64,000 bases of DNA, from NCBI GenBank assembly GCA_024137785.1, contig JAHRHZ010000009.1:40490257-40554256 (forward strand). The letters are read 5' to 3'. Under the pieces are notes generated by a model that saw only the letters and a list, made by a program, of their open reading frames with translations, ran no database searches and had not been told where the DNA came from. The DNA comes from Ginglymostoma cirratum. Taxonomy: Eukaryota. Positions 1 through 12,747 of this stretch are shown here, piece after piece (position 1 is the first letter of the stretch; every line of letters begins with the position of its first letter). A program made the position numbers and the translations under genes.

Positions 1-2
1 CG

Positions 3-698
3 CCCCGTCCCCGCAACAATAACCAAAAAAGAATCCCCCTCGTCCTCGCATACCACCCCACCAACCTCCGGATCCAACGCATCATCCTCCGACACTTCCG
101 CCATCTGCAATCAGACCCCACCACCAAAGACATTTTTCCCTCCCCACCCTTATCTGCCTTCCGGAGGGACCACTCCCTCCACGACTCCCTTGTCCGCTCC
201 ACACTCCCCTCCAGCCCCACCACACCCGGCACTTTTCCTTGTAACCGCAGGAAGTGCTACACCTGCCCCCACACCTCCTCCCTCACCCCAATCCCAGGCC
301 CCAAGAAAACTTTCCACATCAGGCAGAGGTTCACCTGCACATCTGCCAATGTGGTATACTGCATCCGCTGTACCCGTTGTGGCTTCCTCTACATCGGGGA
401 AACCAAGCGGAGGCTTGGGGACCGCTTTGCAGAACACCTGCGCTCAGTTCGCAACAAACAACTGCACCTCCCAGTCGCGAACCGTTTCAACTCCCCCTCC
501 CATTCCTCAGATGACATGTCCACCCTGGGCCTCCTGCAATGCCACAGTGATGCCACCCGAAGGCTGCAGGAACAGCAAATCATATTCAGCCTGGGAATCC
601 TGCAGCCCAATGGCATCAATGTGGATTTCACAAGCTTCAAAATCTCCCCTCCCCCAACCGCATCCCAAAACCAGCCCAGCTCATCTCCACCTCCCTAA
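3..698 (+). CDS. C-terminal part of PLE polyprotein (RT thumb/linker + GIY-YIG endonuclease), truncated by the window edge
   Basis: Manual translation PRPRNNNQKRIPLVLAYHP...NVVYCIRCTRCGFLYIGETKRRLGDRFAEH...QPNGIN with no stops; contains track ORF 351-698. Confidence 0.85.
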   Translation, partial: PRPRNNNQKRIPLVLAYHPTNLRIQRIILRHFRHLQSDPTTKDIFPSPPLSAFRRDHSLHDSLVRSTLPSSPTTPGTFPCNRRKCYTCPHTSSLTPIPGPKKTFHIRQRFTCTSANVVYCIRCTRCGFLYIGETKRRLGDRFAEHLRSVRNKQLHLPVANRFNSPSHSSDDMSTLGLLQCHSDATRRLQEQQIIFSLGILQPNGINVDFTSFKISPPPTASQNQPSSSPPP

Positions 699-949
699 CC
701 TGTTTTCCCTCTCACCTCAAGCCACACCCCCATCTCCTATCTACTAACATCATCCCGCCCCCTTGAATTGTCCGTCCTCCCTGGACTGACCTATTTCCTC
801 CCTACCCCCCTACCTGCACACACCTTTACTGGCTCCATCCCCGCCTCTTCGACTTGTCTGCCTCCTCTCCACCTGTCCTCTCCTCTATCCATCCTCTATC
901 TGCCTCCCCCTCTCTCCCTATTTATTTCAGAACCCTCTCCCCCTCCCCC

Positions 950-985
950 ATTTCTGATGAAGGGTTTAGGCCCGAAACGTCAAGT
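950..985 (+). ncRNA. Minimal type I hammerhead ribozyme motif in PLE terminal repeat
   Basis: ATTT-CTGATGA-A-GGG(TTTAGG)CCC-GAAAC-GTC-AAGT: intact core, 3-bp stem II, 4-bp stem I (one G-U), palindromic ACGT as stem III. Predicted cleavage after C981. Confidence 0.8.
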
Positions 986-3900
986 TTTCCTGCTCCTGTG
1001 ATGCTGCTTGACCTGCTGTGTTCATCCAGCCCCATGCTTGTTATCTCAGATTCTCCAGCATCTGCAGTACCTTTTATCTCTGCTACTGTCAGCTTCCTGT
1101 TGCTTTTTATTCTCATGTGTTCTGCTTCCTTTCAATTAAACTGCACATTTTTCAAAATTGTATTTAGTTTTGTTGAAATTCTGGAGTCTTAGGATATCAT
1201 GAGTTTTAATGAAGTTCTTCCTCTCACCACCTTACATTTTTTAAAGAATTCCTGTAGTGTATGTGAAAATTAATTGTAGATTTCTTCGCAGGTTGCTGTA
1301 TGATTTCACAACTCTATTCATTGTCCATTTGCACCATTTCAGAGCAACTTTTAGTTACTTCTAGAATTAAAATACTTTTTATGACTCATTAAACTTCTCT
1401 GTAGCCTAGAATCACTGCTCGTGGTTTTATTGTGCAAACACTCTTATTATGACTTATGGACAGGAGTAAGCTGTTCAGGTCGAGAGATTCCATTGCAAAT
1501 GGATTAATAATCTTGGGCATCTCCAATCTAATGTAAATTATCATGCAATTTATAAAATATAAAGAGTGTTTTAAAAATGCTATTAAGAAAACAGTGCTTA
1601 ATTTGATGAAACAGACAGCCCTCTGATCTACACAAATGACAAGTGCACTCTGCTTCCATCTCTGAGCTTATACTTTCTTTGTGTCTTGTGAGCCCCTGCA
1701 AATGTTTTGCAATTCTCAGTTTGAGAATCACTGAATAAATGCAAGGACAATTTCTATCTGCCTTGTTACAGATACAGTTTCTTTTGAATATACATCAGTT
1801 CTGTGGGCTAACAATGTTAAAAGATTCACCATTCACAAAATTTTGTCCATTCACTTCGTCTGTGTATAACCCGTTGTTACTTCTGCTTCCACTTATACAA
1901 TGTAATATTCCTCTCAATTTAGAGTGTTTTGCAAATGTGAATACATAACTCTAGTCCTCCAGCAAAACCTTCAGAGATAGTACCAAATTTCTGTCCATTC
2001 TTTTCCTGGCATTAAGCTAGATTGTTTCAAATGAGTTAGTATCTTAACTAAACCAGCAGCAAGATAATTTGATCCAAATGCATTGAACCATCACACAATA
2101 ACACTGATTTAATAATTTCCAAATATCCTTCTTTCTGGATTTCCAGAAAATGTCTGCAATAAAAAAAATTACCCGAATGGAAAGAACAGTAAAGATCCAG
2201 CGATACTTGGAAATGAAGGTACTGGGTGTTCCAGAGTTCCATTTTGAAATGTACAAGATGAGTTGGGCCAGTGTGGGTCATTCACAAGTTTTACTGTTTT
2301 TTCCCTTCTGGGTAAGTTTTAGTTTTTCTGAATATATTGTTTATCCAATGGACAGAGAATCACAAATTTAATTTGTTTTTCACATTTTCCTTCATCTGGT
2401 TTTCCAATTCCTCTTTTATAACAGGGATCTTTGTCTAATTTCTAATGACAAAATTTTTCTACTGTGAATATCACTGACCAATTGAATTAAATTCCATGAA
2501 ATTCACAATTATCTTTCCTATTGCTAATTTTGTCTTAAGTATAGCACTTTCTTTTCTTCAATGGCACCTTTTTGATGTTTGTATTAGTCTCAGACACTCA
2601 TCTTGATATCTTCTGTTCTTTAGCACCTATATAACAGTGATATTCAAAAATTTGTATGCTATCAGCAGTAAGATATTAATTTGACGTCGTCTCATTTCCC
2701 CAGGCAACTTTTGGAGTTAAATTGGTTAATATACAGAGGAGACATTGACATGCTTTACCCTTAATGAGAACTTAATAGGCATTACTTAAATCCAAAAAAT
2801 ATAAGTCTACTCCTGTCTCTCTTCCAACTTCATCACATTAATATTACACACTCTGAATATGGCATTGAAGCAGCAGAGAGTCACTGACACTTTAACATGG
2901 GCAGAACCAATTTACAAACTGTTGGGACCCAAGGCACCAAGACCATTTGTAGCCCTTGTACTCGTCTTACACATTATCAGCTCCAAACACTGCCAATCCA
3001 TTAAAGCACAAATGTATAATAATTTGCATGAATAAAAAGAATGTTTACACACTGTGCAGATAATAAAGAAATCATATCTCCATTAAATTAAGTTGCTAAC
3101 TTGACTGGGTCTCAGGCAGGATCCCCATATTTGGCAGAAGCTGTAGGCATAGATCCAGCATGCCTGAACGTGAAACAGCTCTTGAACAAATGCAAAAACA
3201 TAAAAATTGTTGTGAGGAACAGTTGTAAATTTCTAATACAGTCCTTAAATTTGTTTATTGCATCAGCATTGTAATTTCTATCTGGGAATATTTTCAGCTA
3301 TTTTCAGCCCTTTTAATAGGCCTTGTAGTATATAACTGTGGTTTTCTTTTTACATTTAAAAGTTTATATGAGTGTTTAAATATGACAATTTCCTGTCCAA
3401 AACAAAAGAGGAGGATTAGCTCAACACATTTAATTTTGAATTACCTTTATCATTTGAAGCCTTCTACTGGTAGATCTTTGGACAAAACCTGCATTTAATC
3501 CATTATGTATTTTCTCAAGATTTTAGCGACTGTTTCCATGACAGAATATAATACAGTGACTGAATATTGATCCTGTAATTGCAATTTTACAAATCATTTG
3601 TGGATCAAATCTGTAAATAGTCTCCCATACAATAAACATATTGTTAAGAATTAGTACCTAAATCCAGTTTTAAAAGGAATGCATGATCTTTGATGCTAGA
3701 TGATCAATACATTCCATAATTATAACATGTACCTCAATTGCAGCCAAATTTACTTTCACATTCACCATCAACTACAGAACAACCAGGTTAGGTCTGAAGG
3801 ATAGTTGGCCTCATGTTCCAATTGAGCAAGTCTTTGTATAAAGCTTCAACTTCAACATTAAGTAGAGCCCGTTCTCATTAGAAGCCAGAATTCATTTGAT

Positions 3901-4149
3901 GTAAAAATCAGGCTCACATTTAATTCAACTCAGAAACAACGTAACTCCGATGTGATTTTGGATGGATCATTTGCAAAGCAAATTGAGCAGTCCAGAAATG
4001 AGTCCTGGCCTATTTTAACTAACAGCCTGATTTAAATTCCACCATTTATGTTCTTGGCAGAATATTGACTCCACCAGACAGGTAACGTTCAAATCACACC
4101 TGTCAGGTTCATTTCATGTTATCCCACATATAAAAGTTCAGCATCCAAG

Positions 4150-4490
4150 AAGCTAAATCCTCTATGGGGGAATCTTGAACCTTTAACCTTTACTGGCAGC
4201 ATAAACGTGACTGTCAATGGGCTGTTTATTATATTAGCTGACTGATTTCTGCTGCTTTGAAGGGTCAGGATGCAATTTTTCCACACAGATGCCAGTAGAA
4301 ATCTTAAACTCTCTCCCTTGAACATCAATGGATAACGGATCGATTTAAATTTTCATGATGAAGTTCAATAGATGTTTATTGGGTAAAGAATCAAAGGATA
4401 TCGGGAAAGATTGATACTTAGTGTATCATGATTTCATTGATTTGAGGAACAGGTCTAAAGTGCAGAATGACTTTTTTTTTCTCTGTTCAT
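4150..4490 (+). mobile_element. Decayed CR1 LINE 3' end
   Basis: TTTTTCCACACAGATGCCAGTAGAAATCTTAAACTCTCTCCC (FFTQRVV..WNSLP-like) and CR1-type 3' UTR, similar to 36300-36617. Confidence 0.55.
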
Positions 4491-4551
4491 CTATTATTAA
4501 TCTTTAAGCTTCAGCTGCTATTGTACTTAGAAGCCTCAGTGATTCTACAAA

Positions 4552-5160
4552 GGAATGTAGGACATAGAAGCAGGAGTAGGCCATTCAGCCCGACAATGCC
4601 ACCATGGCATTTGTTAAGATCATGCCTGACCTATGTGTGCTCAGAACACCACTTTGCTATCCATTCTCGTAACCTTTGACACCCTGTGTATCAAAAGTCT
4701 AACTCATTGAACAATGAATAGATTCAATGACTGAGTCTCCACTGTTTTTGAAGGAAGAGAATTCCAAATAGTAATGACCCTCTCAAAGAAAAAAATCCTT
4801 ATCACCATGCTAAAGTGAGATCATGTCGAAAAGAGCCTGTTCTCTTATCAGTGCTAGAACATACTGCTGTGAGAAATTGTCTTGAGTATACTCAATGGCC
4901 TTATTTTCCAAGCTATCTTTGTCAATCTGATTGTATCTAATCTGCATGTTGATTAAAGTCACACATTTTTTGTATTTATCATTTATTTCATTCTGGACTC
5001 TTTGACCTACTATGTAACTATTATTTGATGGCCTGTAAACTACTTCCACGAGTGTCGTTTTTCATTTCTTATGTCCACCCACATTGATACAGCACCTTGC
5101 TCTTTTCAGATAATGTCATGTCCCACTACTGTATTAATGTCATCCTTAATTATCACTCCA
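4552..5160 (-). mobile_element. Decayed CR1 LINE (3' tail joined to endonuclease-region remnant)
   Basis: CATAGAAGCAGGAGTAGGCCATTCAGCCC tail; minus ORF EVVYRPSNNS...QYV...REQALFD resembles the CR1 APE domain. Confidence 0.6.
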
Positions 5161-6682
5161 CCCTGAAGAGAGAAGATATGTCACTAGAAAAGTCTCAAAT
5201 GCTTTAATTCTGTTTTTTTTTTGTTTTTCCTTTGCAGCCAAAACTATAAGAAATGTATCTTCTAATTCATTGAGGAAGACTGTTTGGCTCTTCTTCCATG
5301 GGCTCCACCTTTCTAAGCCTTAAATGTACATTGGTAGCCTCAGATCAGGTAACATTATGGTTGCATTGTTGGTCAGTTGCAACTTGCAAATAGTTTTGGG
5401 GGTAAATTAGCCCGAGCACGTATATCAGATCCAGACATTCACATAGTCTAGGCATCACACTGCAGTAGCCAGAGATAGTTGTAATCCATAATCTGTGTGA
5501 CAATGACAGGCTAGTTAGACAGACCAAATTCTCCTAATTTAGGGAATAATCAGCAGGACATAGCAAATCAAGTTATTTACTCATGCAATGTGAAGTAGCT
5601 TTTTAACAAGGTACAGCAGGATATTGGAGTAACATAGGGAAATATCCAGCATCTGTATGGATACACCTTGAAAGTTTGATGGGAAAAGGAATAGTATAAC
5701 AGTCAAAGATGTGATTACATTGTCTGAAGCATCATTTTGCTCTTTTGCTTGCCTACTGCGGTAATAGAGAAATACTGTTGAAGCCGGTGTCATGATTTTT
5801 CAAAACAGTGAAGAACCAGATATTTAAAAAAAAAAACAGGCTAATAGCTCAAATAATCACTGAACTTGTGATTAATTACTAATAATACACTCATGGATAC
5901 CATTAAAAGAAGCTGAGAACAGGAGGTCAAGTGAAGCATTTAATTTGTAATCTCAATCTTAAATTAGCTTTTCAATCCTAAATTCCCCAGTACAATGCAG
6001 GCAATTTTCTATTAATACTTAACACAATAACAATCAGGGAACTGGCATATACTTAGATCAATGAAAGATAGGTTATCTTTCTCTTATTTCTATTTTTAGC
6101 CTATGATTTTCGTACTAAAGTTATATTCCTCTATTTGTACTGTTAGTACTATATCAGTGCAGAACAAATTCAGAACCGTCAAAAAATACACCAAATATAC
6201 TTAGGTAAAAAAATAGTGACTGTACTACACTGTTTCCAGTGATCCTGGTCCATGACAAAACTGAAAGGGTAAAAATAAACATGGGATAAGGTGAATAACT
6301 TGTACCCCACACTCTGCACTCCCAACCTGGGCAGCTCCATTGCAAAACAGTGTTGGGCATTTTCTACGTCCATAAAACATTCTGTGGAATCAGGCTGTCT
6401 TCCTGTTAGCTCGTGGTACATAGGTCCTCAATAGTCATGAACTATAGTCTGGAGGTGGGACCTTTTGAAGACTAGATTGAAAAGACCTGACCTATGTCCA
6501 TTTCATGTTTCCAATGCCCCCTCCATTGCAATTCAAATGCACCTACTCATAACCTCTTATAGGTCCAAGGTCAATTTAATGCTAACCCATGTAATCTCAA
6601 CGAGCCCTCACGCTGTCCTTGCCAACTCATTGTCCTTCTATGCCCAATCACTCTAGGGAGGTATCTATATAAGCACTTTTAC

Positions 6683-6775
6683 CATAGAATCCCTACAGTG
6701 TGGAAGCAGGCTATTTGGCCCATCGAGTCCACATCGACCCTCCAAACAGCATCCCACCCAGATCCTACGCTATCT
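6683..6775 (-). mobile_element. HE1-like SINE/CR1 3' tail fragment
   Basis: Reverse complement matches 21645-21720 (GGGCCAAAGGGCCTGTTTCCACACTG). Confidence 0.65.
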
Positions 6776-6788
6776 CTATGTTTGTCTA

Positions 6789-7435
6789 TGTGATCATACT
6801 ATGGCTTTAAGAGATGCATTTTGTCCTGCTTTTTTTTAAACTGAAGAAATGTTGAGACAGAGGTGTCAAGCAGTCCACTCAAAGCTATTAAAGTAAACTG
6901 CCTCTGAAGGCTTTTTCTTTTTTAAAAGTTGGAACAATAGAAGCAGCTTGAATGGGTGGGATCAAACTCCCACAGAACAAGAATTTTGAGTTTTAGCTTT
7001 CTGCAGTTGCTACAGTCTTGAAGCTGGATGTAGAAGCTATTATTCCACTCCCTGTTACAGTTAAAATCTGTGCATCTCTTCCTGATGTTAGAATTTCACA
7101 TGAGACAATCTACTTTACTGAATTTGCCTTTGCCAAGGGTAGGTTTATGGGATGTTTCTATATTGGAACAATAAATCAGTCATTGTAACATATGTACCTA
7201 ATTTTGTTAAGCATTTTGATAGGGTTACAGTTAAACCTTTCTTTTCTTTTTATTTTCATTTTATCTGCATTTTAATTGTGGTGTAAAATAAAGTAGTTTT
7301 TTTTTGCTTAATGTCAAGTAGTTTGACTAATCAAATTGCACCTGGAATACAACACCTTACACATTCCTTTAAAATGAGAAAAAAGATAGAGTCTAGACTA
7401 TCTTAACATATTTTGAGGGGGTTTGGTCCATAACA
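6789..7435 (+). mobile_element. Solo LTR, same family as the LTR at 15769-16420
   Basis: TGTGAT...ATAACA termini, AATAAA, shared blocks (CTGAATTTGCCTTTGCCAAGGGTA, CACCTTACAC, TTTTGAGGG..TTTGGTC). No clean TSD seen. Confidence 0.75.
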
Positions 7436-8469
7436 TTAAGAGACCTGATTCTCCTAAATGGATTTTGTTGAGTTAGATTGTTCATAGTAATATGGGGAAA
7501 TGCTGACTTTACTTGATTGACATCTGTATGAGATTACAATACTTTCAATGTGTGTAATAACTCAGGAAACCAACTGGAAATACGTTGAACACAAAAATAG
7601 AGTTTTAATTGTAGTGTACAAAGGCTAGACCCAGCCAGAGACAGACAGTTCTGCAGATTCATCCCTAGGTCTGTTTTATTATTTTGGGTGTTGCTATTTT
7701 CTATTCCACCAGTTCAAAAGTGTTATTACACATCTCTGGAACAGATAGGACATGAATATAGGCCTTTTGGCTCAGAGGTAGGGATGATACTAGTGTGCCA
7801 CATGAGCCCTCTCATATATGCTCAAGTGAAACCCTAATCAATTTCCTCATCTGCATACAATTAAACCCAACTGATATAAAATTACTATGATCTGGATTCA
7901 GAATTTTAATCTCAGTTAGTCAAACTTGGAGATGATTGTCAACAGAGTAGAGAGTGACATAATTGAATGGAGGTGTTAAGGGGTTTTCGGAGAATCTACA
8001 TCATCTATACAAGTGATAAGAACTGAGGCAAATTACATTTAACACGTTGAAAAGAGTACACATTGAAAGAAACACTGGAGACGAGTCTCACGCAATGAAC
8101 TAGCTCGTCAAACGAGAAACTTAAAAAGATATGGGAACTAGAGTATTTTTCACAATATTCTTTTCCAGTCATTTCAGAGCAGTAATTGACAATGCTAATC
8201 ATGAAAGTCTAAATCATCTTCACCATGAAAACATTTTCAGTTCATTTGATATCTTCTTTTTAACAATTAACATAAAACATACAAAATTACACACAAATTA
8301 CATTCATTGCTCTCATGTGAAATTGTTAAAAGCAAGTGTTGGAAAGGATTGACAACAACTCATAACCATGAATCTATTTGTATGCTTTTGTTTGCCTGCT
8401 TCTATCAAATGACATTACTGGCTCCTGTGTATTCGATCACTCATCACTTAGTCAGAACATTGCACAGAT

Positions 8470-9340
8470 AATGATTTATCTAAATCCCGATTCCTTCAAT
8501 CTGCAAAGTCTCATGGCTTACACAAAGATTATAGAACAGCTATTAAGTGAGCTTTGTTTGCCAATGACTAAGCTCTCATAGTAAACATTCTGGAGGATAC
8601 CCAACAGCTTTTCCTTACTTTGTCCAAGTCTCAACATATTTCAGTCTTATCAATGAATCTGAAAAAGACAGATTCTGGACCAAGCTGCCTTGGCAACAAA
8701 ATCTAAAGGTATCATCATCATCATTATCACAATGCACAATCCAGCCCTCAGTACTATTCAGAAGTTCAACTAACTTGGGTGTATCATCATCATATTGGAT
8801 GATGAAATTTCCCATTCAAACCCTTCTCCATGCTGTGAGTCACACAATGAAACAGATACATTCCACCTTCACTGCTTAAGATTTGTCAGCAACATTAAGT
8901 GACTGGACAAAATCTCCAGTATCAAAGTTCTTGTAAGCTGCTTCATTCTTGGTTGAAACAACATGTGCATCCGAATTTAGCTTTGCAAAACAAAACAGAC
9001 CATTTGATTGGCCAAGTTGTTCTGATGAAGGAGTTTTGCATATCAATGTTAGTAATCCAGAGCTAGTTCAGCACAGGAACCTTCACCATGTGACAACCCA
9101 ACCCAGATACAGTTTCAGAACTTTTAAGTTGGAGCTCAATATGTGGGAAGCGCAGTCCTGGCTAGATACAAATGGAGAAGTCCATGTCATTAAACAATTT
9201 CCACATTTGATGAGAATAGCATCAGATCTCTGCAAGACAGAGAAAAACATCGCAAGGCCAAGGCTTTCACTGACATGTAACATTTGTGACTGAATCTGCA
9301 AACCAAAAATTGGTTTAGCAGCATATTTGAGATGATGCTA
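8470..9340 (+). mobile_element. Ancient RTE-clade LINE remnant (RT C-half to C-terminal zinc finger)
   Basis: FNLQSLMAYTKIIEQLLSELC resembles RTE FNLRRLKAKTK..RELLFADD; terminal LTCNICD*ICKPKIGLAAYLR resembles the RTE C..C...C.S.IGL..H.R finger. Confidence 0.7.
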
Positions 9341-12158
9341 AACCGGATGATGAATAGTTATACTCTGAGTTAAACACTCACCCATTGAAACAACAGGAAA
9401 ACCTCTTTGATTGATGCCTATAGTATGTTTCCAAACATATCAGTATTGACCCTTATCATGTATTGCATCTTGAAACCCAATAGACCACGTAACAAGTAGA
9501 AGAATACATAAGAGACACTTCAACATCACTTATTGCTTATGTGCTGAAGGTTCCCTTGCTGATGCATTGTCATATAATACATTATATTAGAATCTATATT
9601 CAATTTCAATCCATTAACATGTGGGTAGATTTTCTTGCTACGTAACTAGAAGGTAATCTGTTAGGCAGATTGCTGATGCTTTATGTAACCCATCCAAGTT
9701 TTGATTCAAATGGAGGATAGTGATCCCCTGGATAATGGAGGTGTACATAAATTCTCTGATAAGTACCATATTGGCCCAAATGTAACACGTGGTATGTTAA
9801 ACACAGCATGGAAGTTGATAAATTCACATTACAGTGTTTCCCATTGATCTTCATCTTCAGGAAGTATCATTCAGCAGAATACCAAGAGCTATTATGAACC
9901 TTGAGTAGAATAGAAATTAGATGGACACTTAGGCCTGAAAGTTAACCCAATTCACTTGCTTGGAGCAGGGTAGCTTTGGGTTAGGTATCCATAATATACC
10001 TTCTCCAATTGTAACCTTCATTGAAATTATATAATTAATACAAAAGTATGACTGCGCATGTAGCAGAATTTTGATACTTTGCCTAAAGCTCAGGTATCTC
10101 TTCATAAGGATTTCAAATACATTTTTAGTGATAATTTCTACAACATTGCAAAAAGGAAGAAAGAATGTGAGTCTCAGTAAAAATAGATGAAAAATCTTCA
10201 GTCTGTCTTGCTTATCTGTCAATAAACATCTAGAGCCCAATTGTGGGTTTCTGAATTTTGTCAGGTATCTGTACACTAATGTTACGTTTGCTCTTCTGTC
10301 AAGCAAGACTCTGCAGCAGAAGGCAATTCTAGGAATATTTTCACTTTATTAAATGCTACACCCAGAAGTAAATAAGATCCCATAGGATTGAGTTTAAGAA
10401 TTCACATTCAGGCTACAGAGCTTTGTTCACCAACAGCACATATTAAACATTCAGGGCCAGGGGTCAATGAGATGTTCATCTATTAATCTTAATGGGCGGA
10501 AAATCTTGCCTGATCCACTGGCACAAATTAACATCATGAACTTCATGCTGGGATCACAAATTGACAAATATATAAATATTTATCTATATACGTATAAATA
10601 TTATTGAATCATACAAAATGTATAATGCAGAAATAAACAAGTTGGTCCAACTGATTCATAGTGGTGGTTTTTCTCCATTTGTGCTGCTTTACTCACTAAT
10701 TCAGGATCAGGAATATAGTTATATAATCAATGAACTCTTGATATTTCTCTTTACAAATGAAAACTTTGTTACAAATCTAAATATTTGTCTTCTTTCCTCT
10801 TTTAAATTCACATCATAAGTGGACACAATACAGCATATTATATGAATGCTCCCAAGGAATGTATGTTCTTGTAAATGTTAGTGTGTGCCAAATGTTAAGC
10901 ATGATTAGTAGAAAAGAAAGAACAAATTTTTGTTTTATCCGTTGTTATTCTTCCAAGATAGTTCACTAATCTTTGATGATATTGTAATATAAAAAATGCT
11001 TCTCTTCATCACTAAATCTCACCCTCAGTCCTGGTCTACCATTGCATCCAGCATCTAATGTGAAGGCTGTACGGATTTCTTTGTCACTGAGATTCAAACC
11101 ATCAAACCCTATAACACATCCATACCCAACAAAGACGGCCTACGGGCCCTCAGACTTTTCCTGTCCGACAGACCCATCCAGTCCACCCCACCAATACCCT
11201 CCTCCACCTTGCTGAACTAGTCCTCACCCTCAATAACTTTTCCTTCAACTCTTCCCACTTTCTCCAAATCCAGGGGGTTGTCATGGGCATTCACATGGGC
11301 CCCAGCATCATCTGCCTGTTTTTAGGTCATGTTGAACAGTCCCTCTTCAGTACATACACTAGTACTATTCCCCAACTTTTCTGCTGTTACATTGATGACT
11401 GCAAAGGTGTTGTATTCTGCACCCGGGCTGAACTGGAGCAGTTCATCAACTTCACTAACAACTTCCACCCACCCTCAAACTCACTTGGTCCATCTCAGAC
11501 ACCTCCCTCCCCTTTTTTGACCTCTCTGTATCCATTCCTGGTGACAGCTTATGAATCAAATTTACCATAATCCCACAGACTCCCATAGCTGCCTAGACTA
11601 CACCTCCTCCCACCATGTATCCTAAAAAATTTCCATCCCATTTTCCCAATTCCTCCATTTCCATTGCATCTGCTCTGAGAAGGAGACGTTCCACTCCCAA
11701 GCATCCAGGATATCCATCTTTTCAAAAGACACTCCTTTCCTCCTTCTGTCATCCAGACAGCCCTCCATTGCTCCTCCTCCATCCCGTGCTCCACATTTCT
11801 TAACCACTCCCAAACATAATAAAGATAGGGTCCCCTTTGTCCTCACTTTTCAACTCACCAGCTTCCGTATCCAATGTATCATCCTCAAACACTTCCGCTG
11901 ACTCCAATTAAACCCCACCACTTTGAACATCTTCCACTCCCCACCCCTCTCTGCCTTCTGCAAGGCCCATTCCCTTTGCCACTCCTTAGTTCACACCACA
12001 CTCCCCATCAAACACTCCAACCCACCCAGTACCTTCCCTTCCCCGTAACTGTAAAAGATACAACACCTGCCCACACAGCACCTCTCCCACCTCCATTTAG
12101 AGCCCTAAACAGTCCTTCCAGGTGAGGCAGAGCTTCACCTGCATCTCATCCAACCTAG

Positions 12159-12747
12159 AGATAAAAGGTACTGCAGATGCTGGAGAATCCGAGATAACAA
12201 GCATGGGGCTGGATGAACACAGCAGGTCAAGCAGCATCATAGGAGCTCCTATGATGCTGCTTGACCTGCNNNNNNNNNNNNNNNNNNNNNNNNNNNNNNN
12301 NNNNNNNNNNNNNNNNNNNNNNNNNNNNNNNNNNNNNNNNNNNNNNNNNNNNNNNNNNNNNNNNNNNNNNNNNNNNNNNNNNNNNNNNNNNNNNNNNNNN
12401 NNNNNNNNNNNNNNNNNNNNNNNNNNNNNNNNNNNNNNNNNNNNNNNNNNNNNNNNNNNNNNNNNNNNNNNNNNNNNNNNNNNNNNNNNNNNNNNNNNNN
12501 NNNNNNNNNNNNNNNNNNNNNNNNNNNNNNNNNNNNNNNNNNNNNNNNNNNNNNNNNNNNNNNNNNNNNNNNNNNNNNNNNNNNNNNNNNNNNNNNNNNN
12601 NNNNNNNNNNNNNNNNNNNNNNNNNNNNNNNNNNNNNNNNNNNNNNNNNNNNNNNNNNNNNNNNNNNNNTGAACACAGCAGGTCAAGCAGCATCATAGGA
12701 GCTCCTATGATGCTGCTTGACCTGCTGTGTTCATCCAGCCCCATGCT
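12159..12747 (-). mobile_element. PLE terminal-repeat fold-back insertion (hairpin 1)
   Basis: Palindrome centred on AGGAG|CTCCT; 15-bp TSD TCTCATCCAACCTAG at 12144-12158 and 12748-12762; spans a gap. Confidence 0.85.
12270..12669. other. Assembly gap (400 N)
   Basis: Run of exactly 400 N. Confidence 1.

Larger units (their letters stand above)
1..1081 (+). mobile_element. Penelope-like element (Neptune-like), 3' part: Cys-rich linker, GIY-YIG endonuclease, pyrimidine-rich 3' region and terminal repeat with hammerhead
   Basis: Frame 3 is open from 3 to 698 with CNRRKCYTC linker and VVYCIRC..C...YIGET GIY-YIG motif. Ends ...CTTTTATCTCT like the near-identical copy at 22991-24165. Confidence 0.93.

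Noticed and set aside
150-747. Overlapping Pro/Ser-rich and antisense ORFs (repeated at 23057-23917)
   Set aside because: Shadow frames of the C-rich PLE ORF; they recur only because the element is duplicated.
5238-5348. Strong splice acceptor and donor pair
   Set aside because: Stops in all three frames and no supporting neighbours; at most a non-coding exon.
9623-10510. Possible TIR pair GGGTAGATTTTC / GAAAATCTTGCC
   Set aside because: Short and imperfect, with no TSD or internal evidence.
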